Source: Callorhinchus milii
Taxonomy: Eukaryota
Length of the DNA stretch: 64,000 bases
Assembly: GCF_018977255.1 (NCBI RefSeq)
Contig: NW_024704743.1
Span: 64,420,001 to 64,484,000, forward strand
Direction: 5' to 3'
How positions within the stretch are numbered: position 1 is the first letter of the stretch; every line of letters starts with the position of its first letter. The notes under the pieces were generated by a model that was not told the origin of the DNA, did no database searches, and saw only the letters and a list, made by a program, of their open reading frames with translations. Position numbers and translations under genes: made by a program. Of this stretch, positions 12,555 through 23,435 are shown one piece after another.

Positions 12555-12555
12555 G
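12522..12555. repeat. (TAT)n microsatellite, probably an expanded SINE tail
   Basis: attattattattattattattattattattatt. Confidence 0.9.
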
Positions 12556-14164
12556 GTGTCTAAATCAGAAGATTTGCAAAGGATGGTGAGACACTGACTT
12601 CCCAGTATTGCAACTGAGATCAGAAGAGGGTTGTCCATTATATATCCAAGACTTGCTATTTATTAATATTTTTGTGAATCTCACAAGTTAGATCCCAATG
12701 TCCATCATAGGTTCACATCAGAAGGAAGTCTCAATCTGCCTCACATGATTTATTATAATGTGCAGTGAGTGCATTTTGGATTAGTCACTGGGGAAGCCAA
12801 GATGGTTTTACATGCTTATTGATCTTTAAGTTAGTGTTCATTTTCATTATGATCTCATATGGCATGATGGCACCTTCAACATCTCATCTAAAGAACAGCA
12901 CCTTTAAAAATGCATAACTTACAACCTTCTGTCTCAGAGCCGAGAGTGCTATCAACCTCGTCAGGCTGATGCCTAAGTTTAATTTGTTAACTTTTATTTT
13001 CAAATAATTCACCAATAATTTTTAGAGCAAACACTCTATACTTGTACAGTTTATAACAGTGCTGATTTGTTAATCAGCCTTGAGACACAGAAGTTATTTA
13101 GAGTACCTAATTAAGGGAGACAGGCATAGATTCCTCTGACAGGTCGCCTGTTTCATTACATAAATTCTGATCACATAGTTTGCCTGAAATAGAAACTTGG
13201 CTTTGTTTTACTTATTTCATTTTCCCTTCCTCCAGGCTCTGTTTCTTGTTTGAAGTTCTCCCAGTGGGCTCTTTTTTACTCTTTCCACAAGGATTGCATT
13301 GATTGCTTTCTTCACTGGTGCAGTACTTCAAACTCTGTGTTGTATTGTGTCAATGTAGAAGGTGCTGATCCAACCATTCATCTGATAGGTTTCACTGTTT
13401 GCAAAGGAGTTTGTCTCCTTTCTTTAATTCACTATCGGAAGCTGTCACCACCACAGGTGGTAAATACTGTAGCAATCCCTTTACTCACGCATTAAATGTA
13501 ATTGACTGAGTACCTGCTCCCCACGGTCTTTCTCTTATTACCTAGAGAGATCATCAATTTTATCCTTGTCTGCTAACTAGGTTATCAACTTACCTCTTGT
13601 AAGACTTTGTGACTCAGACAAACTGTTTTTTTCACATGTTAATTTGGTTATTTTCATTTCAACTCAAGCGTCATACTTTTATGGTATTTATTTTTGGCTG
13701 TAAAATATGATTTATCATTCTTGCTTTTGTTTCCCCTTCCTCTCTTATTTTCTTTCATAGCAATTGGATTCTGATTTCAGCTCCAGTATTGTGACTTTCT
13801 GTATGGTTCCAGATTGGTACTATTTTTACTTTTTCAAAGTAAAAATACTACTAAGAAATATTCCATCTTCCAATGTTCTTTGGATCAGTCTTGAATCCCC
13901 TGCTGTGCTTAAGAGTCTGTAATTCCAGCTATTGAGAACTGACAAAGGTAGAATTTCTGATTGCTTATTCAGGAGTACAATCTCTCCCTTTGTGATGAGG
14001 GGAGGGGTGGGGGAAGTAGGGGGAAGAAAGAGAGGGAAGTATCATTATACTTCCTACTTGCCTATGACTGAAGAGCATTGGATGGTTTAGGGAACTGGTA
14101 GATTTGAACCAGACCAGCTAAAATTGAGGTAAACTTGCTCTTTGTCTATTAAGAGCTCCGAAAC

Positions 14165-14900
14165 ATTAGGGAGGGAGTGGACAGGTGGTTAAGGGGTTAG
14201 CAGGTTGGAGAGGTAGGAGGGGGCAAGGCCGTGGGGGACCTTGAAGGTGGGGATGAGAATTTTGAACTCGATCTTCTGAGGCATAGGGAGCTAGTGGAGC
14301 CGGGCAAGAGTGGGTGTGATGGGCTCACGGAGCCTGGTGAGGAGAGGACATGAGCTGCAGTGTTCTGCGTGAGCTGCAGCTTGTGGAGGGAAGAAGTGGG
14401 AAGGCCGACAAGCAGGGAGTTGGGATAGTCGATAGATGTAATGAAGGCATGTATGAGGGTTTGAGTAGCCTGAGGGGTGAGGCAGTGGTGAAGCCAGGTG
14501 ATGTTGTGGAGGTGGGGCAAGGCAGAGCAGGTCTTGGCATGGATGTGGGGGAGAAAAGACAGTTGAGAGTCAACACCTAGGTTCTTGACAGGCTTGGTGA
14601 GGTGGAGTGCGCATCCGTGGTTCCTGATGCTGCTACTGCCTGAGGTACGGAGGCGCTTGCGCAAGCCAATCAGGAGGACCTCGGTCTTGCTGACGTTCAA
14701 CTGTAGAAAGGTGGCTCTCATCCAGGACTTGATGCCAGACAGGCAGTCTGAGTGGTCCACGGTGTTGAAGGCAGTAGAGAGGTTCAGGAGGACAAGAAGA
14801 CACAGGAAGCCCTAATCACAGATGGACAGAATGTCATTTGTCACCTTGACCAAGGCTGTTTCTGTGCTGTGGACGGCACGGAAACTCAATTGGAAGGGTT
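14165..14900 (-). mobile_element. L2 ORF2 fragment with an internal deletion
   Basis: ORF 14197-14760 (DCLSGIKSWMRATFLQLNVSKTEVLLIG). Upstream AFNTVDH is joined directly to SDCLS, so the PQG/YADD core is missing. Confidence 0.9.
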
Positions 14901-15044
14901 TACAATCAGAATATACACTCTAAACTGTGACTCTACCAGTTTGAAGAGCAATGTTTGAGCAGTAGAATTACTTAGCATTCTCAATACCAACCAGTGTAGT
15001 ACTGAACCGTGGATATAAGAACATGCGTCTTTGGATGATACATT

Positions 15045-15325
15045 TAACCAAGGTCCCGTCGCCTATTCAGGTAGATGGTAAAGATCCCGTGGCACTATTT
15101 GAAAAGAGAAGGAAGCTTCTCCCTCTGGGTGTTTTGGCCAACAATCTCCCAAGTAAAATGGGTCACTCACTCCATGGCTGTTTGTGGGACATTGCAGTGC
15201 GCAAACTGGCTGCCGTGTTTCACCCACAAAATACAATCAATTCACTTAGTAATGGATCCTGTGAAGTGCTTTGAGATATCTTGATGACATGATAAGGTGC
15301 TCTATCAAATGGAAGGATTATTATT
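15045..15325 (+). mobile_element. Deu-type SINE (family B), 5'-degraded
   Basis: aaagatcccgtggcactatttgaaaag...gtttgtgggacattgcagtgcgcaaactggctgccg...tail. Confidence 0.8.
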
Positions 15326-15707
15326 CTGTGCTCAAGAACCCTCCCAGCAGTCATCATCCCAAGCCTTTGATGTTTCTCATCTCACAGAAATCTGCCTCCA
15401 GAGTGGTTAGGAGACCATTTCAGAGCAGACTAAGATATATAATAATAATACAGTATATTCCAGGAAGCACTTTGGAACAACCACCTGAGGCAAAAGGCAC
15501 TATACCACTACACCAAATGCAAGTTATTATTATTAGTAATAGTAGCTTTGACAAAGAGTTCAACCCTTCATCAGGCCACCCCCTCCTTTAGAGAGGAGAG
15601 TGACAGTTTTGTGTGGGTCAGAGCCTCCCCTTCCAGTATCTATTTTCCTTTTTTTGTCCAAGTCCAGTTTACAGCTTGGTCACATCTGGACCAGAAGCAA
15701 ATTTAGA

Positions 15708-16300
15708 AATAATAATTATAGTAATTATTGCATTTGATATAGTGTCTTATGGGAACACAGGAACATAGGAATTAGGAGCAGGAGTAGGCCATTTGGCCCC
15801 TCGAGCCTGCCCCACCATTCAATAAGATCATGGCTGATCTTCTAACGTAACTCCATCTGCCCGCCTTATCCCCATATCTCTTAATCCCTCTATTCTTTAG
15901 AAACCTATCAATCTCAGTCTTGAATATGTTCAAGGACTGAGCAACCACGGCCTTCTGGGGTAGAGAATTCCATAAATTCTCTTGTCTTTGAGGCATCTCA
16001 AAGCGCTTCACAGAATATACTATCAAGTGAATTGACTGTATATTTTGTAGGCGAAACGGAGCCACCAATTGCGCACAACAGTGTCCCACAAACAGTTGTG
16101 GATTGACCAATTTTTTAAAATATGTTTTTTGAAGGGATTATTTCCCCCGGAAATTGACTAACAACCGGGTTCCAATATACTGCTAGGTAAACAGAGGCAT
16201 GTGGAGTAAGGACACTTGCCTAAGGATTTGCCCTGCCCAGGAATCAAACCCGGGTTCTCTCGTTTGCGAGTCAAGTGCTCTTACCACTAAGCTACAGGAT
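15708..16300 (-). mobile_element. SINE family A long subfamily, interrupted by a CR1 3' fragment
   Basis: Tail at 15708-15750; body resumes at ~15981; tRNA head ends at ~16300. Confidence 0.85.
15751..15980 (-). mobile_element. CR1 LINE 3' fragment nested in a SINE
   Basis: ggagcaggagtaggccatttggcccctcgagcc tail; translates [23 protein letters not shown]. Same family as 23436-25360. Confidence 0.9.
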
Positions 16301-16309
16301 TTCAATATT

Positions 16310-16885
16310 CAACAACAACAACAAAATTACATTTGTATAGTGTCCTTCATGTCAGGAGGATGTCCCAAAGCACTGGACAATCAGTGTTTCGCACCCGAGC
16401 TGGGAGTCAAGATTGGGGAGGGCGGAGGGCAGGGGGGAAGCAGTGTGATCGAAAGCAGTCGAAGAGGAGGGTCTTGAGATGGGTCTTGAAGGAGGCAAGG
16501 GAGAGGACGAGGTGGAAGGACTATGGGATGGAGTTCCAGAGGGTAGGGGCAGAGTGGCAGAAGGCCCGCCCGCCAATGGTGGGGTGGGTGAGGTGGGGGA
16601 CGTGAAGCAACGCTGGATCCTGCTGAGCAGAGGGAGCGAGCAGGATGGTAGGGAATTAGGAGGTTGCAGAGGTAGGGGGGAGCAAGTCCATGGAGGGCTT
16701 TGAAGGTGAGGACCAGGACCTTGAACTGTATCCTCTGTGTGATGGGAACCAGTGGAGTCAGGTGAAGATGGGGGTGATAGGGTCACGGAACTTGGTGTGG
16801 GAGAATACATGGGCTGCAGAGTTCTGGATGATCTGCAGCCTATGGAGGGAGGAGTTGGGGAGGCTGACAAGCAAGGAGTTGATGG
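16310..16885 (-). mobile_element. L2 3' fragment
   Basis: (caa)n tail and L2 ORF2 C-terminal homology to the other copies. Confidence 0.9.
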
Positions 16886-17759
16886 ATACTTAGCTTTGCA
16901 TACCAAGGTGTTCCACTCTATGACAGAACATTGATTGTGTGCATGCCTTATGCGCTACAAGCTTAACCTGCATTAAAAACACACCAAAATCTAATGAAGA
17001 ATCCTTTGCCAAGTGTCATCATAACCTTGAAGAAATATCTTAAATATATTAGATCCCTAAATATTCAGATGGAAAATGTGTTATTGAGTGTGATAATTAG
17101 CACAGATGCTATGTCAGAATTCCTTTCCTGGCAAATGGTCCTTGGGAATGAAAGAAAACACAGAAAGGCATTTTTACATTTTCTTGGTTGAAGGAGAACC
17201 TTTAAACCATCAATTCATCCATGCCACTTGGGAGTTATTATTTTCTCAGACACTGACCTACAGGTATAGGAATGAGATTTATTTGCTGTATCCTCTGTTG
17301 CTCTTAGCTCTTTCACCTTATCTTACAGTTATTTCAATCTGAAAGGTTGATCTTGTGTCTTTTCTAAATCCCTGTTTCAATCTTGAGGGAAAGCTTCACT
17401 CAATTCTTTTCACTTTCCATTCTTTAGGTTGAGGATCATTCTGTTGACTTCAGCACACTAATATTACAACAGAAAAAAAGTCAGAGATGGGAAAAGGCCA
17501 TTCTGCCTATCTTGTTTCTAATTATTTTCAGTTATATTTCTATTACACTCCAGATAAGTAACATTTTGAATACAATATGAGAGAAAGATTTGTGACCCCC
17601 AAATCCCCACCCTTGATTCTTCAAATTTTGTAACCTACCAGTCCAATATTTAACTTGCACTTCATCTCCAAAATCCTGGAATCCATTGTTGCCAACCAAC
17701 TTGACTCACACCATTTCCTCCACTCCTTACTGTAGCCCCTCCAGTCTGATTTCCACCCA

Positions 17760-17825
17760 CCTCACAGTGTTTGTTAAAGTCACAAATGACATCCTCTTTG
17801 TGACCAGAGCTCCTTCGGTTCCATC
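17760..17825 (+). mobile_element. Old L2 RT fragment (left part of the element interrupted by the long L2)
   Basis: [14 protein letters not shown] matches [17 protein letters not shown] of the long L2 RT. Confidence 0.65.
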
Positions 17826-17829
17826 AGCT

Positions 17830-20800
17830 CAACAACAACAACAACAAGATTCCATTTATAAAGCGCCTTTCACGTCAGGAGAACGTCCCAAGGCGCTGCA
17901 CAGTTGGGTCATGACCCGAGCAGGGGGGAAATGGTCAGAGTGAGGGGAGGGAAGGGAAGGAGCGAGGAGGGGGGAAATGGTCAGGGGGAGGGGAGGGAGC
18001 GAGGAGGGGGGAAATGGTCAGGGTGAGGGGAGGGATGGGAGGGAGCGAGAAGGGGGAAGAGAGTCGAGAGGGGAGCTGAAGGCTCGGTCAAAGAGAAAGG
18101 TTTTGAGACCGGCCTTGAAGGAGGAAAGGGAGGAGGCGGCGAAGGCACTGGAGGATAGAGTTCCAGAGCCTCGGGGCTGAGAGGCTGAAGGCCCGACCAC
18201 CAATGGTAGGGCGGTTGGGGCGGGGGACGTGGAGCAGACCGGAGCCGGAGGAACGGAGGGTACGGGCAGGTAGGTAGGGGGATAGTAGGTTGGAGAGGTA
18301 GGAGGGAGCAAGGCCGTGAATGGCCTTGTAGGTGAGGATGAGGATCTTGAAATCAATCCTCTGGGGGATGGGGAGCCAGTGGAGGCGAGCGAGGGTGGGA
18401 GTGATGTGGTCCCGAAGCCTGGTGCGGGACAGTACACGAGCTGCAGAGTTCTGAATGACCTGCAGCTTGTGGAGGAAGGTGGGAAGGCCGGCGAGGAGAG
18501 AGTTCCCATAGTCCAGCCTTGAGGTGACAAAGGCGTGAACCAGGGTTTCAGCAGCGTGAGGGGTGAGGTAATGGCGTAGTCTGGCGATGTTCCGGAGGTG
18601 ATGGAAGGCGGTGCCAGTTGTGGTGCGGATGTGAGGGAGAAAGGACAGCTCAGGGTCGAACAAAACGCCGAGGTTCCTGACTGGCTTTGAGAGGTGGAGA
18701 GTGCAGCCTTGGATGCTGATGGTGTCGGCGCCTGAGGTGCGGAGGCGCTGACGTGAGCCAATCAGGAGGGCCTCGGTTTTTCGCACGTTGAGCTGAAGAA
18801 AGTTGTCTCTCGTCCAGGACTCGATGTCGGACAGGCAGCTGTCAGGACATCGGTGGTCGTGGAGTTGAGAGTAGAGGAGGAAAGGTAGAGTTGGGTGTCA
18901 TCCGCATACATGTGGAAGTTAACTCCATGTCTGCGGATGATGTCACCAAGGGGGAGCATATAGAGGGTGAAGAGGAGGGGACCGAGGACAGAGCCCTGAG
19001 GGACACCACATGAGACAGTGCGGGGGGTGGAGGAGAAGCCATTCGTCGAGACAAAGTGAAGACGGTGAGAAAGGTACGACCTAAACCATTCAAGGACAGT
19101 GCCTTGAAGGTTGAGGTGGGAGGACAAGCGGTGGAGTAGGATAGCGTGGTCGACCGTATCGAATGCTGCCGATAGGTCGAGGAGGACGAGGAGACAGAGG
19201 GAGCCCTGGTCACAGATGGTCAGGATATCATTGGTGACCTTGACCAGGGCAGTTTCTGTGCTATGGGCAGCACGGAAACCTGACTGAAGGGGTTCGAAAA
19301 GAGAATGGGTGGAAAGGAAAGAGCGCAGTTGGGAGGCGACAACTCTTTCCAAGACCTTGGAGAGAAAGGGGAGGTTGGAGATGGGCCGGTAGCTTGATAG
19401 CTGCGACGCATCAAGGGAGGGTTTTTTCAGGGTGGGCGTGATGGTGGCAGTTTTTAATGGAATGGGGACAGAGCCAGAGGAGAGGGACAGGTTGATGATG
19501 TCAGTGATATGTGGGGCAAGAAAGTGGAGCTGGGAGATAAGGAGTGGAGTGGGGATGGGGTCAAGGGAGCAGGTGGTTGGTTTTAGGGATAGGATGAGTT
19601 TAGTGACAGAGGGTGGGGAAACGGGTACGAAAGTGTGTAGGGGAGGATGGGTAGGAGTCGGAGTGTGGGAGGGAGGGGGTGGGGGTGGTGGAAGTTGGAG
19701 GGGAAGTGACCGCGGAGCGGATTCCCTTGATCTTGGATTCAAGGAAATCCAGCATCTCCTCGCAGTGAAGGTTGGAGGAGATGACCTGCGCGGGGTGGCG
19801 GGGGGGACGGAGGAGTCGGGTTGTGGTGGAAAACAGTAGCCTGGGGTTGTTCTTCGCCTCCAGGATTATCCTGGAGTAGAAGGACGACTTGGCCGAGGCT
19901 AGAGTGGAGCGGTAAATTTTGAGGAGGTCCAGCCAGATTTGTCGGTGGACCGTTAGGCCAGATTTGGCACAGGTGCGTTCAGCAGCCCGCACCTGGCTTT
20001 TCAGTGAGCGGAGGTGGGTGGTGTACCAGGGGGAGGAGCGGGAGTAGGAGACAGTGCGGGAAGTGATGGGGGCAAGAGTATCGAGTGTGGAGGAGAGGGT
20101 ATTGTGGAGGAGGGAGAGAGGAGAAGAGGGGTCGGTGAGGGTTGAAGGCCAGAGGGAGAGGAGTTCAGAGGACTCCAAGGCATCGGTTAGGGATTGTGGG
20201 GGTAACTTCTTCCAAGGGCGGTAGAAGATGGTGGTGGGTCTGGTGGAGGTGGGGAGGGGGGTGGAGGTGGTGAAGGAGATGAAGTAGTGGTCAGAGATGG
20301 CCTTGTCGGTAATAGTGACATCCGAGACACTGAGGCCCCGGGTGATGACTGTGAGTGGGGGAGTTTATGTGTAAGGAGAGGTTGAGTGAGGAGAGCAGGG
20401 AAGAGAAGTCTGTGGAGATGGAGCAGGAGGGGGTGAAGTGTAGGTTAAAGTCGCCCAGGATGATGAGGCGATCAGAGGAGAGGCAAAGAGATGTGAGGAG
20501 TGTTGAAATGTCAGAGATGAAGGTGGGAGAGGTTTTAGGGGGCCGGTAGAGGAGGAGGATTTTAAGGGAGAGGAATGAGGGGTGGGAGAGGGTGAGGTGC
20601 TCAAAGGAGGGGAAAGAGCCAGTGGAGTAGGGGATAGGGCAAGTGGTGTCCTTGAGATAAGGGCAACACCACCGCCACGGCGGTTGGGGCGGGGGATGTG
20701 GTGGGAGGTGTAGCCGGGTGGCGTGGCCTCCGTGAGGGGGAAGGTGTCGCCTGGGGTGAGCCAGGTTTCTGTTAAGGCCATGATATCAACGTTCTCATCA

Positions 20801-21630
20801 AGGATGAGATCGTTGATGACCAGGGCCTTGTTGCAGAGGGAGCGGACATTTTGCAGTCCGATGTGGAGGGAGCGGTTGACAGAAGGGTGTGTGGGAGGGG
20901 AGGGGGTCCAGGTTGTGAGGCAGGGGTGGGGGAATGGGGATGAGGGAGGAGAGGTTGACTCCCCGGGTCTGTGTCCGGGGTGGGTGGCGAGTGTGGTGGG
21001 GAATGGGGCAGTCGGTGTGGCTGCTGCTGGACAGCCAACGCCGAGTGCCACGGTGAGCCCGGCGGAGGATTCCCAGGCTGGAACAGAGGGAGGTTGTGGG
21101 AGGGTCAAGTGGGGATAGAAGACGAGAGGGACGGAGAGAGAGGAGGAGAGAGCGGGAGAGATGCAGAGGGGGGAGGGTTTGGGGGGAGAGAGGAGGGGGG
21201 CGGGAGGGAGGGGGTGAGGGGGCTCGGGTCAAAGCGGCAGCCATAGTGCGCACACGGGGACCGGGAGCGAGCGGTCAGGTGGATGGCATTATCCCATAGA
21301 TTGGGGCAGCGAACGCAACAGGACCATAGTGGGCTCTGATGTGAGCCCTGGGGGGGGGGGGGCGCAGAGGGTTTTTTTTTTTTTTGCGCACGCGCACGCA
21401 CCTGAAAACTAATCTATGATGTCAGCAGTTCCCCCGCTCCGCTCCGCCCCCACCCCTCCCCTCCCCTCCCTAGCTGAACTCGCTCCGGCGTCGAGTTTAA
21501 GTACCTGGGTCAGTAGGCCCAGGCTCCTCCCCGCGCTGTCCTGCCGCCGCTCCCCGACTGGAGCACTAACTCGTGCACTTACTCCTGCTCACGAAGGTCC
21601 CCTGGTACACCAGCGACCTTCGTTGTCTGA
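17830..21630 (-). mobile_element. Near-full-length single-ORF L2 LINE (APE endonuclease + RT), young but disrupted
   Basis: ATG at 21244 (MAAALTRAP..SRSLLLSLR..LGILRRAHRG..GVNLSSLIPI). EN motifs GLQNVRSL, MALTETWL, RRGGGVALI, ISDHYFI. RT motifs [48 protein letters not shown]. (TTG)n 3' tail at 17830-17847. No ORF1. The 5' end is approximate. Confidence 0.95.
18088..21244 (-). pseudogene. Disrupted L2 ORF2 (EN-RT)
   Basis: Split across ORFs 20798-21253, 20365-21108, 19600-20178, 18762-19742 and 18088-18786. Several frameshifts, plus a deletion near 20348 where SPTH joins VITRG and the usual GHxLDL endonuclease motif is absent. Confidence 0.9.
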
Positions 21631-21639
21631 AATCCCACA

Positions 21640-22470
21640 CAACATTCCCTAGGCTTTATCCTTGGACCTCTGCTCTTTAATATCTATACGCTTCAGCTCA
21701 GCTATATCATCCACAGGTATGGAGTTAACTTCCATATGTATGCAGATGATACTTAACTGTATCTCTCTGCCTCCATCTTCAACTCTAGAACCACTGCTGT
21801 TTTGACCAATTGCCTGTCAGACATCAAGCCCCGGATGAGAGCTCACTTTCTCTAGATGAATGTTGATAAGAAAGAGGGTCTTCTTCTTGGCTCCCATCTG
21901 TGCGTTCTCACCTCAGGCACTGACAGCATCAATATACATGGATGCACACTCCAACTCATCAAGTCAACGCAGAAAACCTCGCTGTCTTGTTCGACTCTCA
22001 ACTATCCCTTAAATCTGTGCCTTTCTCCAACCTCCGAAACATTACCTTTCCCCTCAGGCTACCGAGACCCTTAGCTAAACTTTCAGCATGCCCAGTTTAC
22101 ACTTCACCAACTCTCTGCACATTGGACTTGCCAATTCTTCACTCCACAAGTTGCAGACCTGCCAGAACTCTGCAGCTTTTGCCCTCTCCCACATTAAGCT
22201 CCACAAGACTATTATCTCCTCCTCCCCCTGCTCCATTGACTCCCATTCCCCAGAGGATCGAGTTCAACATCCTGACCCTCACTTTTAAATCCCTCCATGG
22301 TCTTGCTCCACCCTACCTCTGTGAGCTTCTAAAACTCTACAAGCCCACCCATTCCATCTGCTCAGCAGGCACTGGCCTGCTTCACATAACCCTCTCTGGA
22401 GGCCCACTGTTGTTAGCCAAGCTTTCAGGCTCTTCATACCCGATCTCTGAAACTCCATCCTGGAGCCCCT
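21640..22470 (+). mobile_element. Old L2 RT/C-terminal fragment (right part of the interrupted element)
   Basis: [50 protein letters not shown]. Confidence 0.9.
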
Positions 22471-23435
22471 TCAGTAATAGTAATTTTATTTCTAATTATT
22501 ATAATTTTTTGTAAAATCTTTATGTTTTAATGTGAAATGCAATATAGAAATGTAAAAGTTGTTGGAATTTGATTCCATTCATTATCTGCCATGCCCTACA
22601 TTTTATATGCTGTGTCTTTGACCAGGTCAACTTCCTCAAAACCCTTCCTTTCCTCCTTGCGTAGCGATTCGCTTTGTCTTTGTAAAGCACTTTGAGATGG
22701 TCATCACATGTGAAAGAAATGAAGCTTGTTGTTTTGTATTTAAGCATAATACATTTATCAGAGTTCAGTTTGATTTAACATTTGTCTATCCAGTCACATT
22801 ACAATTCCAAATCTTTTCTGTATTTTTTGCTACATCATCAGAGTTCACTGTTTTTCCTATTTTTGTGTCATCCCCAGTTAGTTTCAGTACTCAGATCACT
22901 TATGTACATTAGAAATAGTAAGATTCCCAGTACGGGCCCTATGGGACTCTATTAAAAACATCCTCAGTTTGACATTTCACCTCTCATGAGTGCTCCCATT
23001 TATAATTTTTAAATCATTTTATTTTAATCTTGTTCCATTTCTTCCCTGGATTCCTGTGGCTTTTACTTCAATTTGAAATCTTTCATGTGCAGCTTTGTCA
23101 GTAGATTTTTTGAAAATCTAAATAAATATTATTATAAGAAGTGTCATTAGTTATTTTATCTGTAGCAGCCTCAAAAACACCAAGAAGGTTTGTCATGCAT
23201 GATTCATCCTTTGTAAATCCTCGCTGACTGTTTCTTCTTACAATGTTACAATTCCAGCCTGCCACTTGGAACAGATTCCATTATTTTACCTATATTAATC
23301 TTAACCTAATATAACTCTAATTGTCTGGGTCATTTTGTCAGCTGGTTGAATATAGTTGTTACATTTTCTACTTTCAGCGAGTTCCAGGGCCGAGCAATTC
23401 TTCCATGTCGATAGCTGGTGACCCTGGTCCTCACG

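Noticed and set aside
13220..13460. Exon-like segment after a pyrimidine tract and CAG
   Set aside because: No recognisable protein in the frames I read, and it lies beyond the ABCA stop.
18018..18761. Long Pro/Ser-rich or Gly/Glu-rich ORFs overlapping L2 copies
   Set aside because: Alternative or antisense frames of the C-rich L2 sequence; only the last ~35 codons are the displaced true C-terminus.
21331..21348. CTGATG in a hairpin as a hammerhead ribozyme core
   Set aside because: Not CTGANGA, no matching GAAA/three-stem layout, and it is antisense to the element.
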